Below, one piece after another: positions 8,126 through 18,134 of a stretch of DNA of 64,000 bases. Origin of the DNA: an uncultured Candidatus Saccharibacteria bacterium. Its GTDB lineage: Bacteria > Patescibacteriota > Dojkabacteria > J137. Below the pieces are notes generated by a model, which was not told the origin of the DNA, made no database searches, and saw nothing but the letters and a program-made list of their open reading frames with translations. The stretch is from positions 158,380 to 222,379 of the forward strand of contig CAZSKK010000002.1 of assembly GCA_964607415.1 (NCBI GenBank), given 5' to 3'. Every line of letters begins with the position of its first letter. Positions within the stretch are counted from its first letter, which is position 1. The position numbers were made by a program, and so were the translations under genes.

Positions 8126-10229
8126 ACTTTTTAACCCAAAATCTATAGCTGTAGTTGGTGTTTCCTCTGACAGAAGCAAACTCTCATCGGTTATCTTCCA
8201 AAATATATTAAATGCTGGCTTTCCTGGCAATTTATATCCTGTAAACCCTAACTATAACGAAGTGCTTGGAGTTGAGTGTTATAAGAAAGTGAGTAAACTG
8301 CCCGAAAAAGTAGATCTTGGGGTAATTGTAACAAAAGCTTCAACAGTTTTAGAGATAGTGAAAGATTGTGCCAAAGCACATACCAAAAATTTAATTATAA
8401 TTTCAGCTGGATTTAAAGATGCAGGTCACGAAGGAAAAATTCTTGAGGAGGAAATTTTAAAAGTTGCCAAAAGTGCCGGCATAAGAATTTTAGGGCCAAA
8501 TTGCTTAGGAGTAATTCGTCCAAAATCATCTTTAAACGCATCCTTTGCAGCTCAATTCCCAAAAGCAGGTAGTATAAGTTTTTTTTCTCAATCTGGTGCT
8601 TTTAATACAGCATTACTAGATATGGCTGAAGATACTGGCTTAGGCTTTAACCACTTTGTTTCCATTGGAAATAAATCTGATCTTAACGAGATGGATTTTA
8701 TACGTAACTGGCTACTAGACCCCGAAGTTAAAGTGATAGGGGCATACATAGAAGACTTTGTCGATGGAAAGGATTTTTTAGATCTAATTAATAAATCAGA
8801 ACGAAAGCCTATTGTACTTTTACACTCTGGTGAATCTGAAGTTGGACAAAAAGCAGCAGTTTCACATACTGGGGCAATAGCCGGATCCGCACTAACTATT
8901 AATACAGCTTTTAACAACTCGCACGTAATTAAGGTAAAAAGTTTAGAAAAACTGTTTACAAATATCATGGCTTTTGATCGATTAAAAATCCCAACTGGTA
9001 ATAAAGTAGCAATAGTAACTAACGCCGGAGGTCCAGCAATAATGTTAACTGATATGCTATCCGAAGCTGGATTAAGAATGGCTGAAATATCACAAGAAGT
9101 AAAAAATTCTTTAAGAAAAGCTCTCCCTGAAATCTCTTCTGTAGGTAACCCAATTGATGTTTTAGGTGATGCTGCCAGCGAAAGGTATAAGCTAGCACTC
9201 GAATGTCTGGAAAATGATCCTGATATAGATTCGATCATTGTAGTGCTTACACCTCAATACATAACAGAAATTGAAAATACTGCCAAGATCGTTATAGAAA
9301 GAGTAAAGTCATCAAACAAAACAATAATTCCATTATTTATTGGCGGGAAGTATGTAAGTGATGGATTACAAAGAATGTTTGATGCAAACATTGCAGGGTT
9401 TCAACAGGCTGAGCTTGCTGTAGACGTATTAAAAAATCTTACACACTATGGAGTTATGCTAAAACACTCAGAAGAAAATAAACAGTTACACATGAGTTTT
9501 CCTAAGTATAGAAAAGAAGTCAGTAGTATAGTAAAGAACACTAACGTTCAAACAAGCATTTCAGAAGACTTAAAAAAATTATTAATGCAGGAAGCTGATA
9601 TCCTGGTTCCAGAGGAAAAAACAGTAAGAAACTTTACAGAAACTTTAGATTTTGCAAACCTAATAAAATTCCCGGTAGTTTTAAAAGCAACTTCAAAAGA
9701 TTTAATACACAAAACTGATTTTAAGGGTGTCTTTTTAAATATTTATACTGAAGAACAATTAAAAAGAGATTTCTTTGATTTAAGAAGAAACCTTCAAGCC
9801 AAAACAGGAATTATAGAACCTGATATTTTAATTCAAAAACAAATAAAGGGCGATTTGGAACTTTTTATAGGAATACAAAGAGATGGCAGTAGTGATGTAT
9901 ACAAAAAGGAAGGGAGCGGTTTCGGACATTTATTAGTTTTCGGCCATGGAGGCATTTATACCGAAGTCTATCAAGATTTTTCTCAGGCTCTACTCCCAGC
10001 GTCTAGAGATACCTTAATAAACACAATAAACTCTACAAAAGTTTCTTTAATTATAAACGGATATAGAACTGGTAAAAAACTAAATTTTGATAAGCTTTTA
10101 CAAACGATTAATAAAATACAGAAGCTTGTTTTAAGTTACCCTGAAATTGAAAGCATTGATTTTAACCCTGTGCTGCTCACAAAAGATAAATGTTATTGTG
10201 TTGACGTGAAGATATTTTTAAAGAGATGA
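8106..10229 (+). CDS. acd: Acetyl-CoA synthetase (ADP-forming), fused alpha/beta (acetate--CoA ligase, NDP-forming)
   Basis: N-terminal CoA-binding IAVVGVSSDRSK. Succinyl-CoA-synthetase-like flavodoxin and ATP-grasp regions. 707 aa. Confidence 0.8.
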   Translation: MSQPLNELFNPKSIAVVGVSSDRSKLSSVIFQNILNAGFPGNLYPVNPNYNEVLGVECYKKVSKLPEKVDLGVIVTKASTVLEIVKDCAKAHTKNLIIISAGFKDAGHEGKILEEEILKVAKSAGIRILGPNCLGVIRPKSSLNASFAAQFPKAGSISFFSQSGAFNTALLDMAEDTGLGFNHFVSIGNKSDLNEMDFIRNWLLDPEVKVIGAYIEDFVDGKDFLDLINKSERKPIVLLHSGESEVGQKAAVSHTGAIAGSALTINTAFNNSHVIKVKSLEKLFTNIMAFDRLKIPTGNKVAIVTNAGGPAIMLTDMLSEAGLRMAEISQEVKNSLRKALPEISSVGNPIDVLGDAASERYKLALECLENDPDIDSIIVVLTPQYITEIENTAKIVIERVKSSNKTIIPLFIGGKYVSDGLQRMFDANIAGFQQAELAVDVLKNLTHYGVMLKHSEENKQLHMSFPKYRKEVSSIVKNTNVQTSISEDLKKLLMQEADILVPEEKTVRNFTETLDFANLIKFPVVLKATSKDLIHKTDFKGVFLNIYTEEQLKRDFFDLRRNLQAKTGIIEPDILIQKQIKGDLELFIGIQRDGSSDVYKKEGSGFGHLLVFGHGGIYTEVYQDFSQALLPASRDTLINTINSTKVSLIINGYRTGKKLNFDKLLQTINKIQKLVLSYPEIESIDFNPVLLTKDKCYCVDVKIFLKR

Positions 10230-10233
10230 TAAT

Positions 10234-10261
10234 GAAGCCGTGACGTCGACGTCGCGGCTTC
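10234..10261. terminator. Bidirectional hairpin between convergent acd and porB
   Basis: Near-perfect 28-nt GC-rich palindrome gaagccgtgacgtcgacgtcgcggcttc, standing out against the AT-rich background. Confidence 0.5.
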
Positions 10262-10278
10262 ATTGTAATCATTTAAAT

Positions 10279-11163
10279 TTAAACGAAGTCAGTTACCAAT
10301 TCCGAAATATCATAAATTTTAACCTCGTCTACAAGTTCCGTTTGCATCCCTACCCTATTATGCAGTTTTGATTTTAAGTCTTTCAAATTATCATTTTTAT
10401 ACAAAACTCCAACGGCAATTTTTTCAGAAAGATCAGCTGCAACTCTTCTTGTTTCTTCAATTTTATTAGCATTATAACCTTCTAACATTTCAACCTTAAA
10501 ACAATGCTTTAAGTACCATTCGTGAGGAGTAGCTTCGTTATAGGTTGGGCAAGATTGGAGTATTTCTATAAAACTAAAACCTTTATGATTTAATCCCGCA
10601 CTAATAACTTCAGTCATATGCTTAACATCCCCAGAAAAAGTTCTAGCTAAAAAAGATGGGTTCAGATCTAAAAGTAAATTTATAATATTGATAGGTTCTG
10701 ATTCCACTCCATCAGGAGATGTATCCATAGGTGTTTCTTTTGGTGTTGAAGGAGAAGCCTGACCTTTAGTTAAACCATAATTAGAATTATTATGCAGAAT
10801 AAAAGTAATGTCATAATTTGCCCTAACAGCATGAATAAGGTGATTTATGCCTTCCCCCAAGGTTCCCCCATCACCACCAAAGGCAAGTACTTTAATTTTA
10901 CCGTTTGCAAGGTGAGCTCCAGTAGCCAATGGAATTACTCTACCGTGAAGCGCATGAAATTTATATCCGCCTATCTTATCGGATCCATTTCCATGACAAC
11001 CAATATCGAAACATAAAACAGTTTTTTTAGGTTCAATTTGGTTTGCAACTAATGCTCTTTTTACTGCAGCATGGATCGCATAGTTCCCACAGTTTGTACA
11101 CCAAGTATATATATTTGGTGAATTATAGTCAGCATATTTTACAGTACAGTTATCACAAGACAT
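10279..11163 (-). CDS. porB: 2-oxoacid (pyruvate):ferredoxin oxidoreductase beta subunit (TPP-binding)
   Basis: GCHGNGS...GGDGG TPP-binding motifs and cysteine-rich N-terminus. Confidence 0.8.
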   Translation of the reverse strand: MSCDNCTVKYADYNSPNIYTWCTNCGNYAIHAAVKRALVANQIEPKKTVLCFDIGCHGNGSDKIGGYKFHALHGRVIPLATGAHLANGKIKVLAFGGDGGTLGEGINHLIHAVRANYDITFILHNNSNYGLTKGQASPSTPKETPMDTSPDGVESEPINIINLLLDLNPSFLARTFSGDVKHMTEVISAGLNHKGFSFIEILQSCPTYNEATPHEWYLKHCFKVEMLEGYNANKIEETRRVAADLSEKIAVGVLYKNDNLKDLKSKLHNRVGMQTELVDEVKIYDISELVTDFV

Positions 11164-11227
11164 ATTTTTATTAAGTTCAATGATTAAATGTTCGAATTCC
11201 GAATTTTAGGTATTAAAATTTAAGCTT

Positions 11228-11255
11228 ATTTTGATAGCTTTGATCTTTATTATTA
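11228..11255. repeat. 28-mer repeat, copy 1 (porB-porA intergenic)
   Basis: attttgatagctttgatctttattatta matches 27 of 28 positions with 28498-28525. Confidence 0.5.
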
Positions 11256-13010
11256 TATTAAGTCATTTATTTTATCTCTGATTTCGTCCACAAAGAAAGG
11301 TCTTCCATCAAATCTTAAAATTTTCTGTTCAAATACATATCCAGTTTGCTGAGTAATCAACTTTCCTAGTTGACCTTCATAGTTATTTTCAATCAAAATA
11401 AGCTTATTCCCTTTTTTTATTAACTCATTTAGTTTTTCGGTTTTTAAAGGCCAAATGTATTCGTAATGAAGATAGTTTACTATCTTCCCTCTTGAGAGGG
11501 GATTAAGGGATGTGTTTTTGAGTTCATTTAATGTATCCAACACAGCATTCTTTACACTACCCCATCCTATCAAAGTAATATTTGCATCATCAGAGCCAAA
11601 AAGTTCCGGTTCAGGAAGAATTTGCAAAAGCGCGGCCTCCTTTTTCATTCTTTTTTCAAACATATCAATTACAAGCTTAGATTCTTCTACACTTGTTCCA
11701 TCTTCAGAATGCTCATCAGTATTTGCATCATAAGCTGCAACCGATTGCCCTGGAAACCATCTTGGGGAAACCCCCGATTCTGTTAGCTTGAATCTATCTG
11801 TTGGTTTTAAAGTTTCTAATTCTGAGTTTGAAACTAACCCTCTTTTTATTTCTATTGCATCCGGCAAACGTTCTACTTGGAAATAAGACTCTGCAATTTG
11901 TTTTTCAGTTAAAACAATTACTGGAATTTGAAATTCTTCGGAAATGTTTAAAGCTTCTTGAATTTTTATAAAACAAGATTCAATATCACTTACTGCAATA
12001 ACACACTTTACATATTCTCCATGCGAAGGCGTTACTGCAAGTAGCAAATCTGAAGCCGAAGTCCATGTTGGAAGTCCTGTTGCAGGCCCTGGCCTTTGAG
12101 CCAAAATACAAACAAAAGGAGTTTCTGTAATGGCACTTGCGGAAATCGTCTCAGACATTAAATCGAAACCTCCCCCCGAGGTTCCAGTTAAAGCTCTGGT
12201 TCCCATAAACATACTCCCCAAAGTCATTTGTGCGGCACTAATTTCATCTTCAACTTGTCTTACAATCATTCCAGTTTTTTTATACTGATTAGCAAGATAG
12301 CTTAAAATGGAAGAAGCTGGAGTCATTGGATAAGCATAGTATGCTCTTACCCCAGCAGCAATTGCTCCAAGGGCCAGTGCATGATTTCCAGTTATTAATA
12401 AATCTTTTGTGTTTTTATTCATTTTCTCAAAATCTGTTACATCAACTTTATAAACTTCTTGCTCCGAAAGATCGAAACCTTTTTTAATACATTTAAGATC
12501 AATTTCTAAAAACTTTGGTTTGTCTGCAAATTGTTCTTTAATAAATTCTTCTAATCTGGTTGGCTCAAATCTAAGAAGTTTCCATGTGTAAGAAAGAGCT
12601 ACAATATTTGCAAAAAGATTATCCCCTCCGATTTCAATTGAATATTTAGTAGCGTCTATAAAAAGTACTTTAATATTGTTTTGAATAATAAAATCTTGCT
12701 CTTCTTTTGAAAAATGCATGTGAGGCATTATATGAATAAGTGTTCCATTTTTATTAAGTGATTTTAGATATTTATGTGTAGAAATCCTGCTTAGACATAA
12801 AAGAACATTGCAAGTACTGCTAGATGATCTTATTTCTTTTTCAGAAAAATCAATTTGAAAGCTTGCATAGCCACCTTTAATTAATGATGGATATTCTCTA
12901 TATCCAAAGGTTTTATATCCTAAAGATTTAAGAGCTTTAACTAAAATCTCACCAGTAGAATTGACTCCTTGTCCGGATTCACCACCTATTTTTATTACGT
13001 AACGGCTCAT
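11253..13010 (-). CDS. porA: 2-oxoacid:ferredoxin oxidoreductase fused gamma-alpha subunit
   Basis: N-terminal IKIGGESGQGV is the gamma domain. GNHALALGAIAAGVRAYYAYPMTPAS is the alpha domain. Confidence 0.8.
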   Translation of the reverse strand: MSRYVIKIGGESGQGVNSTGEILVKALKSLGYKTFGYREYPSLIKGGYASFQIDFSEKEIRSSSSTCNVLLCLSRISTHKYLKSLNKNGTLIHIMPHMHFSKEEQDFIIQNNIKVLFIDATKYSIEIGGDNLFANIVALSYTWKLLRFEPTRLEEFIKEQFADKPKFLEIDLKCIKKGFDLSEQEVYKVDVTDFEKMNKNTKDLLITGNHALALGAIAAGVRAYYAYPMTPASSILSYLANQYKKTGMIVRQVEDEISAAQMTLGSMFMGTRALTGTSGGGFDLMSETISASAITETPFVCILAQRPGPATGLPTWTSASDLLLAVTPSHGEYVKCVIAVSDIESCFIKIQEALNISEEFQIPVIVLTEKQIAESYFQVERLPDAIEIKRGLVSNSELETLKPTDRFKLTESGVSPRWFPGQSVAAYDANTDEHSEDGTSVEESKLVIDMFEKRMKKEAALLQILPEPELFGSDDANITLIGWGSVKNAVLDTLNELKNTSLNPLSRGKIVNYLHYEYIWPLKTEKLNELIKKGNKLILIENNYEGQLGKLITQQTGYVFEQKILRFDGRPFFVDEIRDKINDLI

Positions 13011-13286
13011 GCTTTCAAATCTAGATAATATACATTAAGTCTGTAACAAAAAATCTCTGTGTCACATCGAGCAAATTTACAGAATTTGACGAGATGCGGA
13101 CACTAAAACTTCCGAACGGTTAATTAGCTCTATTGATTCCCAATATAACTTACAGCGACTTTGCCTAAAATTTGCTTTTATATTTGTTAGATTCCGCATA
13201 TTTCGCTTTGCTCAATTCCGGAATGACATCTTTTATGGCTCAGGCCTAAAACCTCAAACCTTATTTGCTCTATTGCTCTAACCTCT

Positions 13287-13742
13287 CTAGCTGTCCTTCT
13301 TACCTAACGCATCCATAAACCCATTTATCCAAGGTTTCACATGGTTTTCAATTTGATCATGCGGATCTCCATTTATCCTTAATGCGTGAAACAACTCAGT
13401 TCCTCCCTTTTCTATAAAACTTCTTCTTAAAATATTCATCCCTTCACAGAATTGGACAGGTTCGTATCTGATATCTCCTAATCCTACAAAAGCCGCAATT
13501 TTTCCAGTTAAATCAAGTCCTTTCATTTCATTGTAAAGTCTTGCAAAAAATGGATTAATTTCGCCATGCTCCCAGGTAGATGTCGCAAGAATAAACATAT
13601 TGTTTTCTGTTATTAAATCAATAGGGGCTACTTCTGATCTGTGCAGTTGATTTTCTACCGAATTTGAACTTAATATTTTCGAAATTTCTTCACAAACCAG
13701 CTCAACATTCCCTGAAGTGGATGCATAAACGATTTGAATCAT
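13287..13742 (-). CDS. Flavodoxin
   Basis: MIQIVYASTSGNVE is the flavodoxin FMN-loop signature. 151 aa. Confidence 0.7.
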   Translation of the reverse strand: MIQIVYASTSGNVELVCEEISKILSSNSVENQLHRSEVAPIDLITENNMFILATSTWEHGEINPFFARLYNEMKGLDLTGKIAAFVGLGDIRYEPVQFCEGMNILRRSFIEKGGTELFHALRINGDPHDQIENHVKPWINGFMDALGKKDS

Positions 13743-13982
13743 GTTTATTATGTAAGAATTCTAACTCATTCTAACTCAAACAAAGGTGCTTTTGAAACAA
13801 CCTTGAATTAAAATATTTACTAGAAACTAATCGTAAATCCACCAACTTTATTTCGTACTTTAGAAATTAGTGATTAGGACTTCGTATATGATTTCGCGAA
13901 ATTATAATAAGGTTTTCACATTAACTAAAAAATATCATCAGATTTTAGTTCGTGGTATTAGATTTTATAGTAAAATTTATCC

Positions 13983-14390
13983 ATGAAAAAACTAATTAAC
14001 CAAAAAACCTCATACTACTTACTAATTTTAAGCTTATCTTTTGTATATATTGTCTTTGGGATTTTAAAAGTAATAGACAAGAGCCCTATAAAAGACCTTG
14101 TTGTGGAAGCTTTGCCATTTATGGAGAATTCTTTTTTATTTGCTTTATTTGGACTTGGTGAAATCGTTTTAGGAGCTTCACTTATAATTAAAAAACTTAG
14201 GCTTTTAGGAAGTACAGGAATCATACTACATTTAATATCGACTTTTATAGCAATACCGCTAGCTTGGGGGATGATTTATGATTCCAATACAATCCTTACA
14301 CTTCATGGGGAATTTGTTGCGAAAAATCTGGTGTTAGTAGCAGCAGCAATAAATATAGCAAACTTCGAGGTCAAGCAAAAGAATACTTAA
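13983..14390 (+). CDS. Small membrane protein (DoxX/YkgB-like)
   Basis: 135 aa with about 4 TM helices. Confidence 0.35.
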   Translation: MKKLINQKTSYYLLILSLSFVYIVFGILKVIDKSPIKDLVVEALPFMENSFLFALFGLGEIVLGASLIIKKLRLLGSTGIILHLISTFIAIPLAWGMIYDSNTILTLHGEFVAKNLVLVAAAINIANFEVKQKNT

Positions 14391-15397
14391 TCGATCTTAA
14401 GAACAGGTATCGTTTGTAAATTTTTAAATGAAGGATCAAAAAGATTTATCGTTTTAAAATTTAAATTTTGCTCTTCTTGCTTTAACTGACTATATGTAAG
14501 AATCGAGGAGATCAGATCATTATCCTTTTCCAGCAGAACACCAAAACCCACCCAAAACTGAACAGCTGAGCTTTGAGAAGATTTGATTGGCAGTCCCCAT
14601 GTTTTTGTATATCTAAAGCCTACAGGAATCATATCTTTATCAAATGCCCAAGGCACATCTTTTTCCCAATTAGGATCAAATATAAAAGCATCGTGAATTA
14701 AAGTGGATTCTAAAAGTTCACTATATTTTTCTTCTTTTGGAAAATCATTAAAATCTTTTTTATAATTTCTTTCTGATTTTTGAAGTCTTTCCTTTTGAAC
14801 TGATTCTGGCAAGTCTTCCCATTCATCACGTAGTTTAATTATAGCCAGATCAAATCTTTTTAATAACTCTTCTTGTGATATCTGATCCCTAATTTTTGAG
14901 AATTTTAATTTGAAGTTACCAGGCAAAGTTTTGCTAAACAATTTCAAAATAGCCTCAAACTGATTGTTATAAATATCCAAGTCAACTTGCGGAATATTAT
15001 TCATTCTACTAATAAAAATTTCATCCGAATAATAATCAAGAATTACACCTTTATTGTATCCGCTCGCAATGGGTAGAAGCCAATTTATAAGTAATACAAT
15101 GTTAAATAGTTCTGCCCAATCAACTTCAGGGTAAGAAGGTAATTGCCATTTTTTAAAACCTCCAAAAGGCACAGATATATGAATAGGTAAAAAATTCTCA
15201 ATGCTATAGTCTATTATATCTTCTATTCTTTTTTGCAAAATATCGGCTACTTTACTTGTTCTAAACTTTGAAGATAGAAGTTTTTTAAGAATATACTTAT
15301 CAATACCCTCATACCTAATAGTCTTTTCGTCTTCATTTGTTAAATTATATTCTTTATTTGAAAAAATTAAGTCTTGGAGATGCTTTTCGTAGTTCAT
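14387..15397 (-). CDS. Hypothetical protein (336 aa)
   Basis: Long ORF adjacent to the second TrmB regulator. No recognised motif. Confidence 0.45.
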   Translation of the reverse strand: MNYEKHLQDLIFSNKEYNLTNEDEKTIRYEGIDKYILKKLLSSKFRTSKVADILQKRIEDIIDYSIENFLPIHISVPFGGFKKWQLPSYPEVDWAELFNIVLLINWLLPIASGYNKGVILDYYSDEIFISRMNNIPQVDLDIYNNQFEAILKLFSKTLPGNFKLKFSKIRDQISQEELLKRFDLAIIKLRDEWEDLPESVQKERLQKSERNYKKDFNDFPKEEKYSELLESTLIHDAFIFDPNWEKDVPWAFDKDMIPVGFRYTKTWGLPIKSSQSSAVQFWVGFGVLLEKDNDLISSILTYSQLKQEEQNLNFKTINLFDPSFKNLQTIPVLKID

Positions 15398-15565
15398 TTA
15401 AATTGGAGCCGGCAAGCTTTGAGCTTACTTCTTTCTCTTGCGAGAACATTTTACAAATTAAACTACGGCCCCTTAAGCTAAAAATTATAATACCAGAATT
15501 TTAGAAAAATAAAAACATGTCGTCAAACTTGACGGTGAGTGTCGACACATAATACAATCGTATAT

Positions 15566-16444
15566 ATGAATCAATATCTAAAGGTTTTAAAAAAATTCGG
15601 TCTAACTGAAAACGAAGCAAAGGTTTACTTAGAATCATTAAAAGAAAATGAACTATCCCCTTTTCAAATTTCAAAATTAACTGGAATACCAAGAACAACT
15701 GTTTATGATATTTTAATGAATCTTGCTCTTAAAGGCCTTGTTGAACTTGATCAAAGTGATGGGCTTCAAAAACAACAAACAAAAGTACGCGCAAAAAATC
15801 CATCTGTACTAAGAAAAATCCTTCAAAAAAGACGTGATGACTCTTTTAAAATTGAAGCTGAGATTGCAGAAATACTTCCAAGTCTTAAAGAAATTTTTCA
15901 CAAAGATGAATCTAATGCTGATTTTCAATTTTTCCCAGGGATCGAAGGAATTCGTCGTGTTTATTTAAATATCGAATCACAAAACCTAGACCAGAACAAT
16001 GTTTCATGGACTCAATTGATGCCTTTAGATGTCTTTGGAAGCAAAAATATAAACGAGGACGTTCATACTTGGAACGAAATTCGTAAACGAAACAAAATAA
16101 CTGCTAAGGAATTAATCCCTTTAAATGACTGGACTAAACATGTTCTAACCTATCAATACCAGCTTGATAAGCGTTACTTAGATAACAGAGAGTTTAGATA
16201 TATTGAATCACCTATGTTTGAAATGCTTTTAGATTTAGTTGTTCAAGGCAATTACATAAAAATTGCCTGCTGTGAAGGAGATGAAGTTTGGGGAATAATT
16301 ATAAAAAGTGAAGCTCTAGCCAAAAGCTTTAAGTCAATGTTTAGCGTGATGTGGAATATGGCGACACCAATAACAAAAGAATTTATCGAAGCGCTTGGGG
16401 ATAACAAACTGTTAACAGAACAAAAGCTTAAAAGATCACTTTAA
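15566..16444 (+). CDS. TrmB-family transcriptional regulator (second paralog)
   Basis: LTENEAKVYLESLKENELSPFQISKLTGIPRTTVYDILMNLALKGLVE is a TrmB wHTH. Start placed at ATG 15566. A GTG at 15539 is an alternative. Confidence 0.65.
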   Translation: MNQYLKVLKKFGLTENEAKVYLESLKENELSPFQISKLTGIPRTTVYDILMNLALKGLVELDQSDGLQKQQTKVRAKNPSVLRKILQKRRDDSFKIEAEIAEILPSLKEIFHKDESNADFQFFPGIEGIRRVYLNIESQNLDQNNVSWTQLMPLDVFGSKNINEDVHTWNEIRKRNKITAKELIPLNDWTKHVLTYQYQLDKRYLDNREFRYIESPMFEMLLDLVVQGNYIKIACCEGDEVWGIIIKSEALAKSFKSMFSVMWNMATPITKEFIEALGDNKLLTEQKLKRSL

Positions 16445-16772
16445 AATCAACATAAAGTATTTCTCCTGTAGGATGATTAAATTTATACAAATTTTTCGGT
16501 TCAATTGTAATTGGGAGCATCTTGGATTCACAAGCTTTTTGCAGATCGTAAGTAAGCAAAACCATATAATCTCTATATGTGAAATTCAGAACATTATTTT
16601 TTGAAACTAGTGAACTTGGATATAAACCAACACGAACCATAACATGATTCTTTTCAAGATTAGAACTATCTTTAGGAAGAACCTCTAAAGAAAACCCTTT
16701 TTCTTGAACGATTTCAAGAAGTGCATCGTGATAAACATTAACTTGATTTTGATACGTTTCTTGAGCATTCAT
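16428..16772 (-). CDS. Hypothetical protein (114 aa), tightly coupled to the upstream ORF
   Basis: ORF begins 4 nt after the stop of 16776-17339, so the two are likely co-transcribed. Confidence 0.4.
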   Translation of the reverse strand: MNAQETYQNQVNVYHDALLEIVQEKGFSLEVLPKDSSNLEKNHVMVRVGLYPSSLVSKNNVLNFTYRDYMVLLTYDLQKACESKMLPITIEPKNLYKFNHPTGEILYVDFKVIF

Positions 16773-16775
16773 AAT

Positions 16776-17339
16776 TTAGTGTTTAAAACTCGGTGTAAGG
16801 TAAAAAACGAATGTTTGGTAAATTTTTCCATCATCAACTTGCCTTGTCTCTTTAACTCTAAAAAGTATCCCAAAGTTAGTGTACAAGGCGCAATTTTGTA
16901 TTATTTCTTTGAAAGAATTTAGCTCTGTTTCGAAGCTCTCGCTTGTTAATCCCTCTTCCAAAATACTTGCTAAGTCGACAGTTACCTGTACAGATTCATA
17001 AAGTCTTCGTAACTCCTCCTGCTTTTGCGCTATAATTTCTTCTTGCACATCCTTCTGCATTGCTAGATATGAAAACCCTATTCTTTTAAAATCATTAATC
17101 TCTTGCCTTGTAAACATCGAACTTAATATTTCTTCAGACTCGTAATTTTGTATTAAATAGTCAAATTTTAATAATTCTTCCAAAAGAAATTGAAGTTCAT
17201 CACCCTTGTTTTTCCTTTCAGATTCAAGCAAAGACATGTTACGTGAGACCCAGCTTCCTACCGGGACGTTCTCACCTAGTATATCTAAAAATTCCTGTAC
17301 ACTTTGTTCTAGTTGTGGATACTCTGTTTGTTCATTCAT
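16776..17339 (-). CDS. Hypothetical protein (187 aa), acidic/coiled-coil rich
   Basis: ORF only. No motif recognised. Confidence 0.4.
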   Translation of the reverse strand: MNEQTEYPQLEQSVQEFLDILGENVPVGSWVSRNMSLLESERKNKGDELQFLLEELLKFDYLIQNYESEEILSSMFTRQEINDFKRIGFSYLAMQKDVQEEIIAQKQEELRRLYESVQVTVDLASILEEGLTSESFETELNSFKEIIQNCALYTNFGILFRVKETRQVDDGKIYQTFVFYLTPSFKH

Positions 17340-17414
17340 AGTTTCTTAATTATATCATCGCTGCCGCATTTTGGCGACCACAAAACACTATTGCAAAAGT
17401 TGTATAATCAATCT

Positions 17415-18134
17415 ATGTCAACAACAAAAGTTTACAAAAAAAATTTTGAATACAGCTACACAATTGGCATTTACCCTACTCTGGAGCTTTTAAAAGCAAA
17501 ACCCGAAAGAGTTTTAGAAATTATTTTGTCCAGCAATACGCAAGAAAGTCAGAAGATTGCAGAAATAAAATTAATTTGTGATAAAGAAAACATTCAAATT
17601 AGCTTTAATAATAAATTTGTAAATAGAATTTCAAATTCAGAAAATGCTCACGTAATTTGTGTTTTTGAAAAGTTTGAATCTCAAATTGAGAGAAATAAAA
17701 ATCATCTCGTTTTAGTAAATCCATCCGACATGGGAAATCTTGGAACGATAATTAGAACGATGTGTGGATTTGGTTTAAAAAATCTAGCAATTATAAAACC
17801 TGCATGCGACATTTTTAATCCTAAGGTTATACGAGGCAGTATGGGAAGCATATTTAATATTAATTTTCAGTATTTTGAAAATTTTCACGAATATAAAAAG
17901 ATAAATGAAAGTACTTTATATGCTTTCGCTTTAAATGCCCAAACTAGATTAGATGAATTGTCATTTCAAAAACCTTATTCTTTAGTATTTGGTAACGAAG
18001 GTTCAGGACTACCAGAGGAGATTGTAAAATCCTGTTTGGGAATTAAAATCAACCAATCAAATGAAATTGATAGCCTAAATTTATCCATTGCGGTAGGAGT
18101 TGCTCTAAATAAATGCTTCAACGAACAGTCCTAG
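17415..18134 (+). CDS. TrmH/SpoU-family RNA 2'-O-methyltransferase
   Basis: LVNPSDMGNLGTIIRTMCGFG and LVFGNEGSGLPEE...NLSIAVGVAL are SPOUT motifs. Start trimmed to the internal ATG. Confidence 0.7.
   Translation: MSTTKVYKKNFEYSYTIGIYPTLELLKAKPERVLEIILSSNTQESQKIAEIKLICDKENIQISFNNKFVNRISNSENAHVICVFEKFESQIERNKNHLVLVNPSDMGNLGTIIRTMCGFGLKNLAIIKPACDIFNPKVIRGSMGSIFNINFQYFENFHEYKKINESTLYAFALNAQTRLDELSFQKPYSLVFGNEGSGLPEEIVKSCLGIKINQSNEIDSLNLSIAVGVALNKCFNEQS

Noticed and set aside
8588-9238. 216-aa - strand ORF within acd
   Set aside because: Antisense to a strongly supported acetyl-CoA synthetase gene. Its Ser/Ala-rich composition is typical of a reverse-frame artefact.
10234-10261. Palindrome rich in GACGTC / GTCGAC restriction-like sites
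   Set aside because: It could be read as a restriction-modification recognition cluster, but its position exactly between convergent acd and porB stops fits a simple bidirectional terminator.
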